From: Callorhinchus milii
Lineage: Eukaryota
Direction of reading: 5' to 3'
DNA: 64,000 nt
Assembly: GCF_018977255.1 (NCBI RefSeq)
Contig: NW_024704742.1
Coordinates: forward strand, 23,190,001 to 23,254,000
Shown here piece after piece: positions 1 through 12,400 of this stretch. Each line of letters begins with the position of its first letter. Positions within the stretch are counted from its first letter, which is position 1. Made by a program: the position numbers and the translations under genes. The notes under the pieces are model-generated. The model saw only the letters and a list, made by a program, of their open reading frames with translations, was not told the DNA's origin and made no database searches.

Positions 1-939
1 GAACAGGAGAAGGTCATTTAGCCCATCGAGCCTGTTCCCAAATGATACTCATGGACGGAGCAGTTGATCAATGACGTCTCTCCTCCAGCTCTCCCTTCCC
101 ATACTGCGTGCCGTAGGTTGGAAATTGTGTTATAGTGCAGTCCTTCCTTGTGTTTGTACAGACCCACCAGGTAAAATGCATCTTTTTTACATTCAGAACT
201 AGAACTTCTTGTAAATCATTACAGTTTGTAAGACACCAGTTAAACATTGACTGGTGTTTTTTTCTGATAATGGAAATTCTCTACAAGTAGCAGTAGTCCC
301 TTTAAGGGACCTCTAACAGTATCAGTGTCATCCACTGTGGTGCTTGATGTAAACAGTAATCCTCCTAGCTCAATTACATTGCCAATCCTGTTTTCAAGAG
401 CTGATGCTTCAAGTGTTGGTTGTCCTGAAAGCAAGTCATGGCATAAACATGCCTGTAGATGGCTGAGGATTAGCATCTGTGTGCAATGCCTGTCAAACAT
501 TCAGTTTTTCTGTAGGAAGCCACCATTGCCAAAAAATCTGTCAAATGCATTGATTTAACACGGAGGTCTTGATGCATGCACACTGTGAAGCAGATGGTAC
601 AAATACAAAATAAGATACAAATCAGTGCAGTTCTCAGCTCATTTTGCCAAGGCCAGGCGAGTTGCTCAACAGGAAAACCTTGACTTGGTATCCAGCGATT
701 GAGTGGTTTGTGCTTGATTGCCCGCGGACATGAATGATAATCTCTCACCCGTTTGTCACGAGACTGAACCACCACTGAAAGGTTGATTTGTTTGGAGCGG
801 CAATAATCCAATCAGCAGCTTTAGCAAACGGAACCATTGGGCTGGCAGCAGGCTCCTGTAATTTCTTAGACTTAAGACCATTGAATTAAAATGTAAGATG
901 ACATGCTGAAATCAAGGACCCAACTGTCTGCTCGGATTG

Positions 940-1408
940 GACATTAACTGCTGTGTGCAATTGACTACCGTGTTTCACCCACAAAATACACAGGCACTCC
1001 ACTTTACAATATATTCTCTGAAGTGCTTTGAGACGTCTCAATAACATGATAAGGTGCTATATCAAATGCAAGGATTATTATTATTATTATTATTAAAGAT
1101 CCCATGGCACTGTTCGAAGGGAGAAGGGAGATTCTCTCCATTTCCTGGCCAATAAGCCCTCAGTTAAAAATTGGTCATTCACATTATAGCTGTCTTTGGA
1201 ACATTGCTATGCGGAAATTGTCTGCCACGTTCGTCAACAAAATACACTATAATACACAAAATATACTTTAGAGTGTATCCTTTGAAGTGCTTTGAGGCAT
1301 CCTCCCGATGTGAATTGCTCAATATCAAATGTATGTTTATTAAAGCTATTTGCGATCTCCCCCCGATGTGAAAGGCAATATATGAAACACAAGAATTATT
1401 ATTATTAA
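940..1408 (+). mobile_element. Adjacent partial Deu-type SINEs
   Basis: gctgtgtgcaattg.. body, tatcaaatgcaaggatta(tta)n tail, and a second copy starting aaagatcccatggcactgttcgaa. Confidence 0.8.
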
Positions 1409-2210
1409 GATCCTGCAGGATTGTGGAAAATTCCTAAATTCAGGCTGAATTTTGGAAGCTGATTTTCCGCAGTATATGGAATGAACTTTGGGAAACCAGC
1501 TGCCAAATTAAGATGGAATTTTTAAAAATTCAAAATTCTGTGTGATCTAATATGTTTAGACAGTGGTCTCAATGATAAGACTATTAAGAATTTCAGTAGT
1601 ATCTGGGCTCCTGCTCTCAGCCTCTGTGGAATCTTTACACTGTCTGCATTGGGACTCTGGCCGATCCCAGCTGCTGGGATGGACTTACTAATGATGTGCG
1701 TTGAGCAGCTTTTTCTCCAGCTTCTCCTAAAGGCCTCCTCCAATGGATTAAAATAAAAAATTACTTTACAAAGTAAGAAAACCCTTTGATGCTATTTATA
1801 TCTGAACACATGAGGAGAGTAGTTTACACTTGAAAGTACTTGCTGTTACACTGCCGCTTATAGTATTAATGAAATGGTGCCGATACTCTTACCCAGGACT
1901 AACTTCAGGGTCCCTGGTGGTTACAGACACCGAGGTCCTCTGTCAGTGACTGGCATGTCTAAGCGTTTCTGAAATTGCACAGGAGATTTAAGGTAGTGAA
2001 GTACATCAACATTTAGTCGTCAAGTAAAGGAACTTGGACTTCATGATGTTCTGATATACCACTTGCTTTCCCCCTTCTTTCATTTTTCCAATGGTCAGCA
2101 AATACGGCTTTTCCGTCCTGTGATATTTTAATCTCTAGATTATTTTAGGTCAGTAACAAAGCTGTCCTGTGGATGAAACGTTGAACCTGCTAAAGTGGAT
2201 GTTATAACAG

Positions 2211-2510
2211 TAATAATTAATAATACTTGCATTTGATAGAGCGCTTTTCACATCTTCTAGATGTCTCGAAACTATTCACAGAATATACTGTAAAGTAAAT
2301 TGATTGCACATTTGTGGGCGAAACCCGGCAGCCAATTGCGCACAGCAGTGTCCCACAAACAGTCGTGGATTAATGTGACCAATTTATTATTGTTCCTTTT
2401 CTTGAGGGATTATTATTAGGCGTGTGGAGTAAGGTTTTGCCTTGCCGGGAATCAAACCCAGGTCTCTCGCTTGGGAGGTGAGTGCCCTAACAAGTGAGCA
2501 ACAGGCTTCC
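2211..2510 (-). mobile_element. Full-length tRNA-derived SINE nested in an older + strand Deu-type SINE (~2160-2765)
   Basis: Reverse complement of the 9136-9443 element; the host SINE resumes at gatgttaaagattccc. Confidence 0.85.
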
Positions 2511-2897
2511 ACTGTTAAAGATGTTAAAGATTCCCATTTCATTGTTTAAAAAGAGAAGGGGCTTCTTGCTGTGTCCTGGTCAACAATCCCCCAGATAAAA
2601 TTGATCATTCACTTCATGGCTGTACATGAGACATTGCTTTCTACAAATTGGCTGCCAGGTGTGCTTACAATATAAAGTCAACTGGCTTTGCAGTAAATCC
2701 TGTGAAGCTCTTTGGAATGTTTTCACAACCCAATAAGGCTCTATAACAATTGCAATGACTTATTATAAAGCGTTATGTTATCGAAATTTGATCAAGTACA
2801 GTGTTTTCTATTATTTGCAGATAATCTTGTCCCACATCCTGCTCATCTGAGTAAAGAGGATTTAGATAAAGAAAAAAAATGTGCCTATCATAAGAAT

Positions 2898-3484
2898 CCA
2901 GGCTCAACTATGCAAACGCCCTGCTTGTCGGCCTTCCCAACTCTCCCCTCCACAGGCTGCAGATAATCCAGAACTCTGCAGCCCGCGTCCTCTCCGGCAC
3001 CAAACTCCGTGACCCCATCTCCCCCATTCTCGCCCGACTCCATTGGCTCCCTATCTTTCAGAGGATCCAGTTCAAGATCCTGGTCCTCACCTACAAAGCT
3101 CTCCATGGCCTCGCCCCACCCTACCTCTGCGAACTCCTAACCCCCTACCAACCCTCCTGCTCCCTCCGCTCAGCCGGCTCCGGCCTGCTCCAAGTCCTCC
3201 GACCCACCTACCCCACTATTGGTGGGAGAGCCTTCAGCCACTGTCCCCCCAACCTCTGGAATTCCATCCCCCAGTCATTCCGCCTCACCCCCTCCTTAGC
3301 CTCTTTCAAGTCCCGCCTCAAAACCATTCTCTTCGACCATGCCATCGTCCATCCCCCTTTCCCTGCCCTCCCTTCTCCCCCACTGACCCCAGTTCGGGTC
3401 TGAAATGCTGTACACTGTCCAGGGCCTTGGGACGTCCTCCTGACGTGAAAGGCGCTATACAAATGTAATCTTGTTGTTGTTGTT
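2898..3484 (+). mobile_element. L2-clade LINE 3' end
   Basis: Degenerate ORF2 C-terminus, C-rich 3' UTR, gggacgtcctcctgacgtgaaaggcgcta stem-loop and (TTG)n tail. Confidence 0.9.
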
Positions 3485-4943
3485 GAATCAAATAAAATTA
3501 AAATCCCCCCTCATAAAGGTTTATAATTAATATAAAAGAATGAGTTAAGCAGTGTCTCCTTGGTGCTAAGCTGGCTCTAAGGTGATATACCTGATAAAGG
3601 AATATCGGAATCAAGTCAATCCTCTGTGGGATATCGAAATATCAGTCACTCCTCAATGCAAAATCGGAAATTGAGTCAATTCCTCCTTCCAGGGAGAGAG
3701 TGCAGACTACGTTTTAGATGAACAAGAATTTCCATACATTTGTGAAACTCTCAGTAGTTTGGTTTGAGTAGTCTTACGTGTGGTAATGGGTTTCCATACC
3801 TGGCTGAACCAAAAAAACCTCACCAGGAATTGGGAATATAAGGTACATTGAAAAAGGTTAGCCCAGATTTGGTAGCCCAGATTTGTTTCCAATTCTTTCA
3901 GTTTTAATTATGGTTTAAAAGCTGTGAGCAGTGTGACAAATAACTGCACCTACAGCTTGATTGCTGAGGCAGAACATACAGAATGTAACACAGGACTGCA
4001 TATATTGTATTTGAAAGGTCCTGAAGGAAAATACATCGGCAATATTTTTAAGTTCTGAAAATGTGCCGACCGAGCTCAGTTACTATTGCACTCTCCTCTG
4101 AATTAGAAGATTGTGGGGCCTAACTCCCAAGTTGAGACTTTGAACTTCTTTTAGCTCCCATCCTTTGAGCTGCGATGACACCATGACATATTGCTTTGTG
4201 CAAATTCCCTGCCTCATTTACCTACAAATACACAGTCACTACGCTTTACAGAAAGACCAGATACAAGTAAAGAACTCAACGTATTGCAGGCAATATTGCA
4301 GGTAATGTTTGGGATGTTCCATAACGTGTTGCCTGTGAAATGCCACAGATTTCACCACATTGTATCTTCATGCCAAGAACTGTTTGGGTAACATTTAAAT
4401 TTGGGAATCAGTGGGCATGTCTTGACATGGCACACTAACACGAGAGTCCCTCCTTCCCTTTGAATCAAGCCCTTTTGTTACTGAAGCTGAAACAGATGGA
4501 CTTTAATTATTTGTTGGGCTCCTGCCTGCTGTGAGCTCCAGGACTTGTTGGATCTGACCTAATTTGCTAGACCGCTGTTGTCTTCCTTCATCAAAATGAA
4601 TGGCCAAAAGCAGATGTTAGGTGATGGACAATTTTGGGCATAATATTATGCTTTAATTTCATTTTCAGTGTTTCACAAATCTGGCAAACTATTGTCAAAT
4701 GTTAAGTCTGCACGAAGCAATTAAAAGTGGAACAGAGAGATTGTTCATCATTTCAACTTTTTTGGAATGGGACTCACATGGCGTAGCACTGAGAGGATGG
4801 TGGGGACGACGAAAAATGGATCAGGATCAGACTCAGCTGTGATGTACTCCACTGTAAGATAGTGTCTAAGCTCTCACAAGAGGAACGGGGACTTGGACAA
4901 GCTGGCCGAGGGATAGACACTGAATGTCCTTGGCTCCTGGCAG

Positions 4944-6445
4944 CTCTGTGACAGGGAGCCAGTGGAGTTTGCCAAGGACTGGGATAATCAAGGTGCGGAG
5001 TTTAGTGTGGGTGAGAATGCGGGCGGCGGAGTTTTGGATGAGATGAATTTTGTGAGTAGTGGAGGAGGGGAGTTTAAGGAGGGCATTTGAGTAGTCCAGG
5101 CAAAAGGTGACGAAGGCATGGACAAGAGTTTTGGCAGCTTGTGGAGTGAGGTATTGTCGGAGACGAGCAATGTGGTGGAGGTGGAGGAAAGTGGTCCTGG
5201 CCAGGGACCGCATGTTGGGGAGGAAGGATAACTGGGGATCGAACCTGATGCCTAAGTTGCGCATGGGTTCACAGAGTTTAAGGACAGGATCCGATAGGTT
5301 GAGGCGGTCTGAACCGCAGGACAGAAGACATCGACAGGAGCCAAAGAGTATGGCTTTCGCCTTGTTGATATTTAACTGCAAGAGGTTTGCGCTCATCCAG
5401 ACCTTGTTGTCTGTCAGACAAGCTGACAGAAAATCAGAGGACTGGGGGTCGCAGCTGGAGGAGAAGCAGAGTTGAGTATCAATCGCATACATGTGGAAGT
5501 TAACCCCGTGTCTGCAGATGACATCACCGAGAGGGAGCACATAGATGAGGAATAGAAGGGGGCCAAGGATGGAGCCTTGGGGTACCCACAGGTGACTGGG
5601 TGGGGGCGGGAAATTTTTTTTGCAGAAATGTAGTGCTGGTGGTTTGTAAGGTAGGACTCAAAACTAAGCAAGGGAGGTACCACTGAGGTGGATGATGGAG
5701 GAGAGGTGGTGGAGGAGGATCAACAGTGTTGAACCTGACAAAGAGGTCCAGGAGTACGAGGAGGCAGAGGGACCCCTGGTCACAGATAGAGAGGCATTGT
5801 TTGTGACTTTCACAAGCTGTCCCTGTACTGTGGGCAGGGCGGAAACCGGACTGGAGGGGTTGAGTAGGGAGTGGAGGGAGAAGTGTGTGCGATGTTGGTT
5901 GGCAACAATGCGTTCCAAAGCTTTGGCCAGGAAGGGGAGGTTTGAGATAGCGCAGTAGTGCACGAGGTTGGAGGGATCGATGGTAGGGTTTTTAAGGAGT
6001 GGAGTGATGATGATGGTTTTAATAATAATAATAATCCTTGCATTTGATATAGCGCTTTTCACGTCGGGAGGACGTCCCAAAGCGCTTCACAGAACACTGT
6101 AAAGTGAATTGACTGTATATTTGTGGGCGAATGTGGCAGTTTTGAGTGGGAGTGGGACTGATCCTGAGGAGAAGGACTGATTAACGGTGTCTGCCAGCAG
6201 TGGGCAGAGGAGGGGGAGCTGGGTGATCAGCAACTGGGTTTGGGAGGAGATCGAGGCAGCAGGTGGTGGGTTTCATCAGGGTGATGGAGGATGAGATGGA
6301 GAAAGTAGAGATGGCGGATAAGGAATGTAGGATGGGGGCCATGGTAGGAGCTGGGGGTGGGGGGGAGGTGAAGGAGATGGAATGGGGGGAGTGTTGGTAG
6401 GGGACACGGGGCAGGAGGATGAGGCTGCCAGGTGGATGTTTTCTA
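4944..6445 (-). mobile_element. L2 LINE reverse-transcriptase fragment, interrupted by a SINE 3' tail at ~6021-6139
   Basis: ORFs with L2 RT motifs ([39 protein letters not shown]); frameshifted. Confidence 0.9.
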
Positions 6446-7135
6446 TTTTAGTGGTAAGGTAATCAGGCTTTGGTTAGATCAGGAATGAGTGCTGTGGGGC
6501 CAGAGAGTGTTAAGGTAAGGTTAGGAAATTGATATCGTACCATTGTGCATGTTCACTTGCTGTGTTGAACCTCATTTGAAGGACAATACTGGTTGTAATT
6601 CATCTTCTTGCCCTTCTTACCATCTAGCTTTGACTCTGTCCACAATTTAGGGGGTAAATCTGTGATATTTTGCAACATATTAGACGTGTCAGAAGTTTCA
6701 CCACACATTGAAGATTTGCCTGACGTACACAAGCTCCTAATCATCACCCGTTTCCATTTCCTTCCACTCATGGTGCTTGCCTTCCTTACTTGCATATATT
6801 CAGCAGTTCCAATACAAAGTCTTCTTTATGTCTGGCCAGTCAACAATAAAAGTTAGTTCCCTTTGAAATCTCTCTAGCTCGTATATTCTGGTAAGATTCC
6901 CAGGCTTTTTGATTGCAACAAAACTGGCTTTATATCTGCTGTTATGGTTTCTATCATGTGCAGAATCTATGTGGTTGAGGATGCCAAGATTCTTGAATGA
7001 CGTATTGGACCAAACTTTTCTATCTCTGTCCTGCCATCAGCCACACAAGTGGAAGACGGGGCAGCCAGTGGAGCTGCTGCCATCCAGTAACTCTTCTAAT
7101 GCCGGTTGGGAAACTCAACAAGGATTAGGATCAGA

Positions 7136-7620
7136 ATACACACACACACAGAAACACACACACACACATACACACAGAAAGACATAGACACACACAGAAA
7201 CAAATACACACACACACAGAAACACATAGACACACATACACACAGAAACACACATACAGAAACACATACACACCAACATGCAGAAACATACACGCACACA
7301 TACACACACACAAAAACACACATGCACACAAAAACACATGTACACACACAGAAACACAAACACACACATGCACACACAGAAACACATATACAAACACAGA
7401 AACACATACACGCAGATAAAGATGCACACGCAAAAACACATACATAGACAAACAGAAAAAGATACACATACAAACACCAAAAAACTCATAGACACATACA
7501 CACAACACAAAATAGAGAACCACATCTACACACACTCAGATAAACACGCGCACAAACACATCTACAGATACAAGCACAATTACAAACACACACATACAGA
7601 AACACACACATACATACAAA
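7136..7620. repeat. Degenerate (CA)n-rich low-complexity tract
   Basis: acacacacagaaacac-type repeats; source of the HT/VC-rich ORFs. Confidence 0.95.
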
Positions 7621-9135
7621 TAAATAGAAACCTAGATTTTTGCGTTTCATCCACAAAATACAGTCAATTCACTTTACATTATATCCTGTGAAGCGCTTTG
7701 AGACGTCTCAACGACGTGATAAGGCGCTATATCAAATGAAATATTATTATTAGATATTCACACACATATAGAGAAACACATATACACATACAGGGACCCC
7801 AGCTATGTGCACAGACTCAACACAAATGTCTATGCACACACATACACAGAAACCTAGATTATGGTATACACTCGCACACACAGAGAACAGAATCATGAAA
7901 GTCACAGAATCCTTTATTAATACTATCTTAGTGAACACAATAAACTTACGTGAGATTAAAAAGAGAAATAAACTCTGAAAATATAGAGATACTTCGGCAG
8001 GAGGTTGCTTGTTGAGAATCCAATGCTGTGAATCACAGTGCTAAAACCTAACAGAATTGCAGGCCAATGGCCGGAACAGGCAGTATGTCCCTCCAGTTAT
8101 TCAGTTAAGAAATGAATAACTATTCAGACAGTCAGTTATCACTGGCACGTGGCTTTATTTAAAATAGTACTTGTATAAATAGAGAATATACACTTTGTGG
8201 GTAATTTCAGCATTAAGTTGCTTTGACAACTTTACCAACCCTGCGTTCACACTGGTGAATTCATTGTCAGGCTGCAAAAGACAGCAGCCCTTCAATCTGA
8301 CACTTCAGGGCCAAACTTCCTCTGCTCAAGGAAATTGGGAGAAAAGCCCATTTTGTGGATTTTTCCAAACGCTCAGTAATGAATTTGGAATCGCCTCAGT
8401 GCTAAATGTGCGACTAGAGATCTCATTCCCATAAACGAGAGTTTACGCAGCCAAGAAGGAGAGATCTCGAGCATCGTGTTTTCACACAGCTAAAGTACCT
8501 TGACAGTCTTGATAGATCCGTGAAGTCTGTTAGGCCAGTTACGCAGTGCAGAGCTTTTTGTAGCAATGAACCAACAGCAAAAGGAGATTTGGGAGAAAAC
8601 AGTGAGGAAACAGAAGGTTGGCGTCAAGCAGGAAGCTGCTTGGCATCACAATTTCTTTATCTGCAGCATACATAGCACTTTTCCACCATGGCATATCTGC
8701 GATCAGAAACTTAGCAACATGGAAGAAATCAAGACTCTGTCTAATGGTGTGGTGTCACTGAATGGACTCTTCTACCTCAATACATTCGGCTCAAGGGAGT
8801 CACTATTTACATTAATCGCTGTTAAATGGTTGGGGATGTATCTTCTGTTGTGCAGATACAGACTGTAGTTACACCAATGTTATTGATTGCTGGAGAAGGG
8901 ATATTGAATAAATGTCACCCGAAGTAATACTGAACTATGTTAAATAGTCCAATATTTAGCAAAAGTATTCCCACAGCACTGGCATGTCCTAGCAACTGAC
9001 TTGATGCAATTTAAGTAAGGTGTCTGTGATAAATACAGCAACACGCTCTTATTGTCTCACTTGTCTGAACAATGGATACAACCCTCAACAGAGATTTGTC
9101 CCCACATCGACACTGGCTTCAAAATATTTACTGAA

Positions 9136-9443
9136 TGTAGCTCAATGGTTAGAGCACTCGCTTTGCAAGCGAGAGACCTGAGTTCAATTCCAGACAGGGC
9201 AAAACCTTGGGAAAGTTTCCTTACTCCACACGCCTAATAATAATCCCTCCAAAAAAACAAAAACAATAATAAATTGGTCATTTTCAATACACGACTGTTT
9301 GTGGGACATTGCTGTGCGCATTTGGCTGCCGCGTTCGCCCACAAATATACAGTCAATTCACTTTACAGTGTGTTCTGTGAAACGCTTTGGGACGTCCTCC
9401 CGACGTGAAAAGCGCTATATCAAATGCAAGGATTATTATTATT
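9136..9443 (+). mobile_element. Full-length tRNA-derived SINE with Deu-like body and L2-type tail
   Basis: A box TAGCTCAATGG, B box GTTCAATTCC, body gtttgtgggacattgctgtgcgca, (TTA)n tail. Confidence 0.92.
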
Positions 9444-12400
9444 AAATATTGTCAGTCTGTACAGTCATCATAATTTCTTTTCTATTTTGGGGGGAGGAAA
9501 AAATAACTCAGGTTCTATCACAACACTAGCTGGCACTCTAACCATTAGGCAGTGCAAATAACCAAAGCAGAGAGAGTAATAGAGGTACTAGGGTACAACA
9601 CAATGCCAGGGACCTGATGGTATTCACGAGCCACTTGTACGTTGATAATAATATAATAATAATCATCCTTGTATTTGATATAGCGCCTTATCATGTCGTT
9701 GAGACATCTCAAAGCGCTTAACAGAATATATTTCACACGTAAAGTGACTCATAGTTAAAAAAGCGGGAGATCTAACGCAAGATATTCATAACAGGAGACC
9801 AAGTAACGAGTCCTGTTATGAAAATTAGAGTTTCAGAGGTTGTTGACTGATAGCACAGTTCCCGAACTTTGGAAGAAAACTTCAGGAACAGATGTCACAC
9901 AGGAGTCAGTGTGCGCGAGCGATCGAGCCTAAGATACCTTTCCCCCAAGAAACCAGAAAAGAGATTGGTTGGACGGTACACCTTCATACAAAATGTAAAA
10001 AAAAATACCAAATATAAAATATCTACAAATATACAATAAATTAACTTTACTTTATATTATGTGACAGTGCTTTGAGGTTCTCAATGATGTGATAAGGCAC
10101 TATGTCAGAATGCAAGGATTATTATTATGATTATGACAATAACTTTCATTTATATAGTGCCCTTCATGTGGGGTAGCATCACAGTGATTATACAGTGGAT
10201 ATTTGGAGTCTTGTTGGTCTTCGCTGGTCAGTAATAAAGGGAGAAGCAAGTGATTTTTCTTTCATCGATTTGCTTCAGTTCATGTGTTGCCAGGTTATAT
10301 CATAATCATAATAATGATCCTCGCATTTAAGATGAGTCTTATCTCATCGTTGACATGTCTCAAAGCCATCTTCACAGGATGATTTGTAAAAAGGTGTGAC
10401 TGTGTATTTTATGGGCAGTTGCTTATGAAATCCAGTTTGAAAGTTCCTTTGGGTGACAAACCCACTGTACACAAGGAAAAAAATATCATTTGAAAGCTGC
10501 AAACAGTATTCAGAGGTTACACAGTAATTGCTACTTGCAGAATCCAGATCCCCTGCATAAAACCCTTCAAACACATTATAAATGGGAACAGTACAGTAGG
10601 TTTGTAACCACATTCAAGAGTGGGGTAGGGGGATGGTGGGAGAGAAGTGACGTAGGGATGTGCCTGATTTTTCACTATATACTTATCTTTCAAGATCCTT
10701 TATCACGTCTCTTTACAGTCTCTTTTAGAGCCAGAATGACATGAATCGAGTACAATTAGTCGAAAATAACAATCTAGGTAATTGTCCAAATTCTTTATTA
10801 ACAAGTCCTTAGTGCCAATAAGTGCCTATCATCAATTTTATATATTGGTATTTCACCATGTTGATTTTCACTTGCAATGACTACTTGTAGTAAAGAGATA
10901 TATAGTTATTGATGTAAAAGTAATTGTCTGTATTAAGAGTCTCACTATTAATAACAGATTAAAATGACTAGATGTGGTTGCAGAATTCTCAGGAACAAAG
11001 ACAAATTTTCCCCTGATTCTACGAATGTTTTCTCAACATTTCTCAACAAGGTTTTTAATTTTGGATGTTCCCAAAATTTGTTCCCAGTATTTGTGGCCCA
11101 TTCTGCCTGTCCAAGTTGATGCTAAAGATCCCATGCCACCATTCGAAAAGCAAAGGGAGATTCTCCTGGTTAGCTGGCTGATAACAGATTGGTCGCTTCA
11201 ATCCACGATTGTTTGTGGGACACTGCAGTGCGCAATTGGCTGCAGTGTTTCGTCCACATAATATGCAGTCGATTCACTTGACAGTGTATTCAGTGAAGCG
11301 CTTTGAGATGTCTGGAAGACGTGAAAAGCGCTATATCAAATGCAAGGATTATTATTATTATATCCTGTGAAGTGCTTTGAGACACCCCTCGACATGAAAG
11401 GTACTATATCAATGGCAAAATTATTATTATTATAAATTTCTTAAACTGAGTCTGAATTTTGAAGCTAGTTTTCTGCGTGTTCTTTTTAGAACTACAGAAT
11501 TCCAGCTCCCAAACTAAGAGTGAATTTAAGAATTTGTCAACAATTGCAATGATCTGAAATGTTAAGAAAAGGGTAAGTGGAGAAAAAGGTAAAATTTCCG
11601 GCCTCAGTTTTTTTATTGTGCTGTGTGAGTTGGTTTTGACTGTAAGTCTGCATAATAATTAAATACACAGTGGCAGCCAGTCATTGCTGCCAATGTATTT
11701 GTGGCTGCATTGATGTAGAAACGTATCCTTATTATAAGCATCGCTGCTCTCCTATATCCATGACTAACCTCTTGTACAAACCATGCATGAAATCAAGAAC
11801 TTGGCAGCACGGAACATATTTGGAAGGGGAAAATGCAAGGTCTTTTATTCCTTTGTTTCTTGCTGTAGTTGCTGCTGGAAGGAATGGAGGAGGGGAACCC
11901 AGTTATTAGCAGAGGCTCTGTGATAATTGCCGGATTCAGAGAGCAATGATGCACTGTCATTATTCACTCCCCTGGAGCACATTCAGCTGTTGGGATCAGA
12001 GGGTTTAATTAACATCCTGCATCTCAGAGGCTCAGAGCAGAGGGAAATAAAGGCACATTTGAATGACATCCACCTTGACACACATTTCCTTTTAGATGAC
12101 TTTAGACAGGCCACACAAGGATGTGTCCATCCTTTCTCTCCTGAGCATCTGTCACCCAAACACTGAACCACCCTCATGCCCCTTGTTATGTACTTTTATT
12201 TAATTACAGACCCATTGGGCTCAGGATCGAGTGCTTGGGGGCTATCCGTTTGTACTTTGTTGACGTTTCATCCTTGAAGCAAAAATTGCACTTGGGCGTG
12301 GGGAACAAAATAAACTCTGGGCTTTCCTGATATCGATGCAAGAAAAATGTTGCTGTGAACTGGTCTCCATCCCTTTAAATAGGCTTCAGCTCCAATCCCA

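Noticed and set aside
7096..7691. Several 110-140 aa His/Thr- or Val/Cys-rich ORFs
   Set aside because: Translations of a CA-rich microsatellite
9136..9205. tRNA-Ala(TGC)-like sequence (similar at 16753, 39322 and 49681)
   Set aside because: It continues into a SINE body and tail, so it is a SINE head and not a tRNA gene
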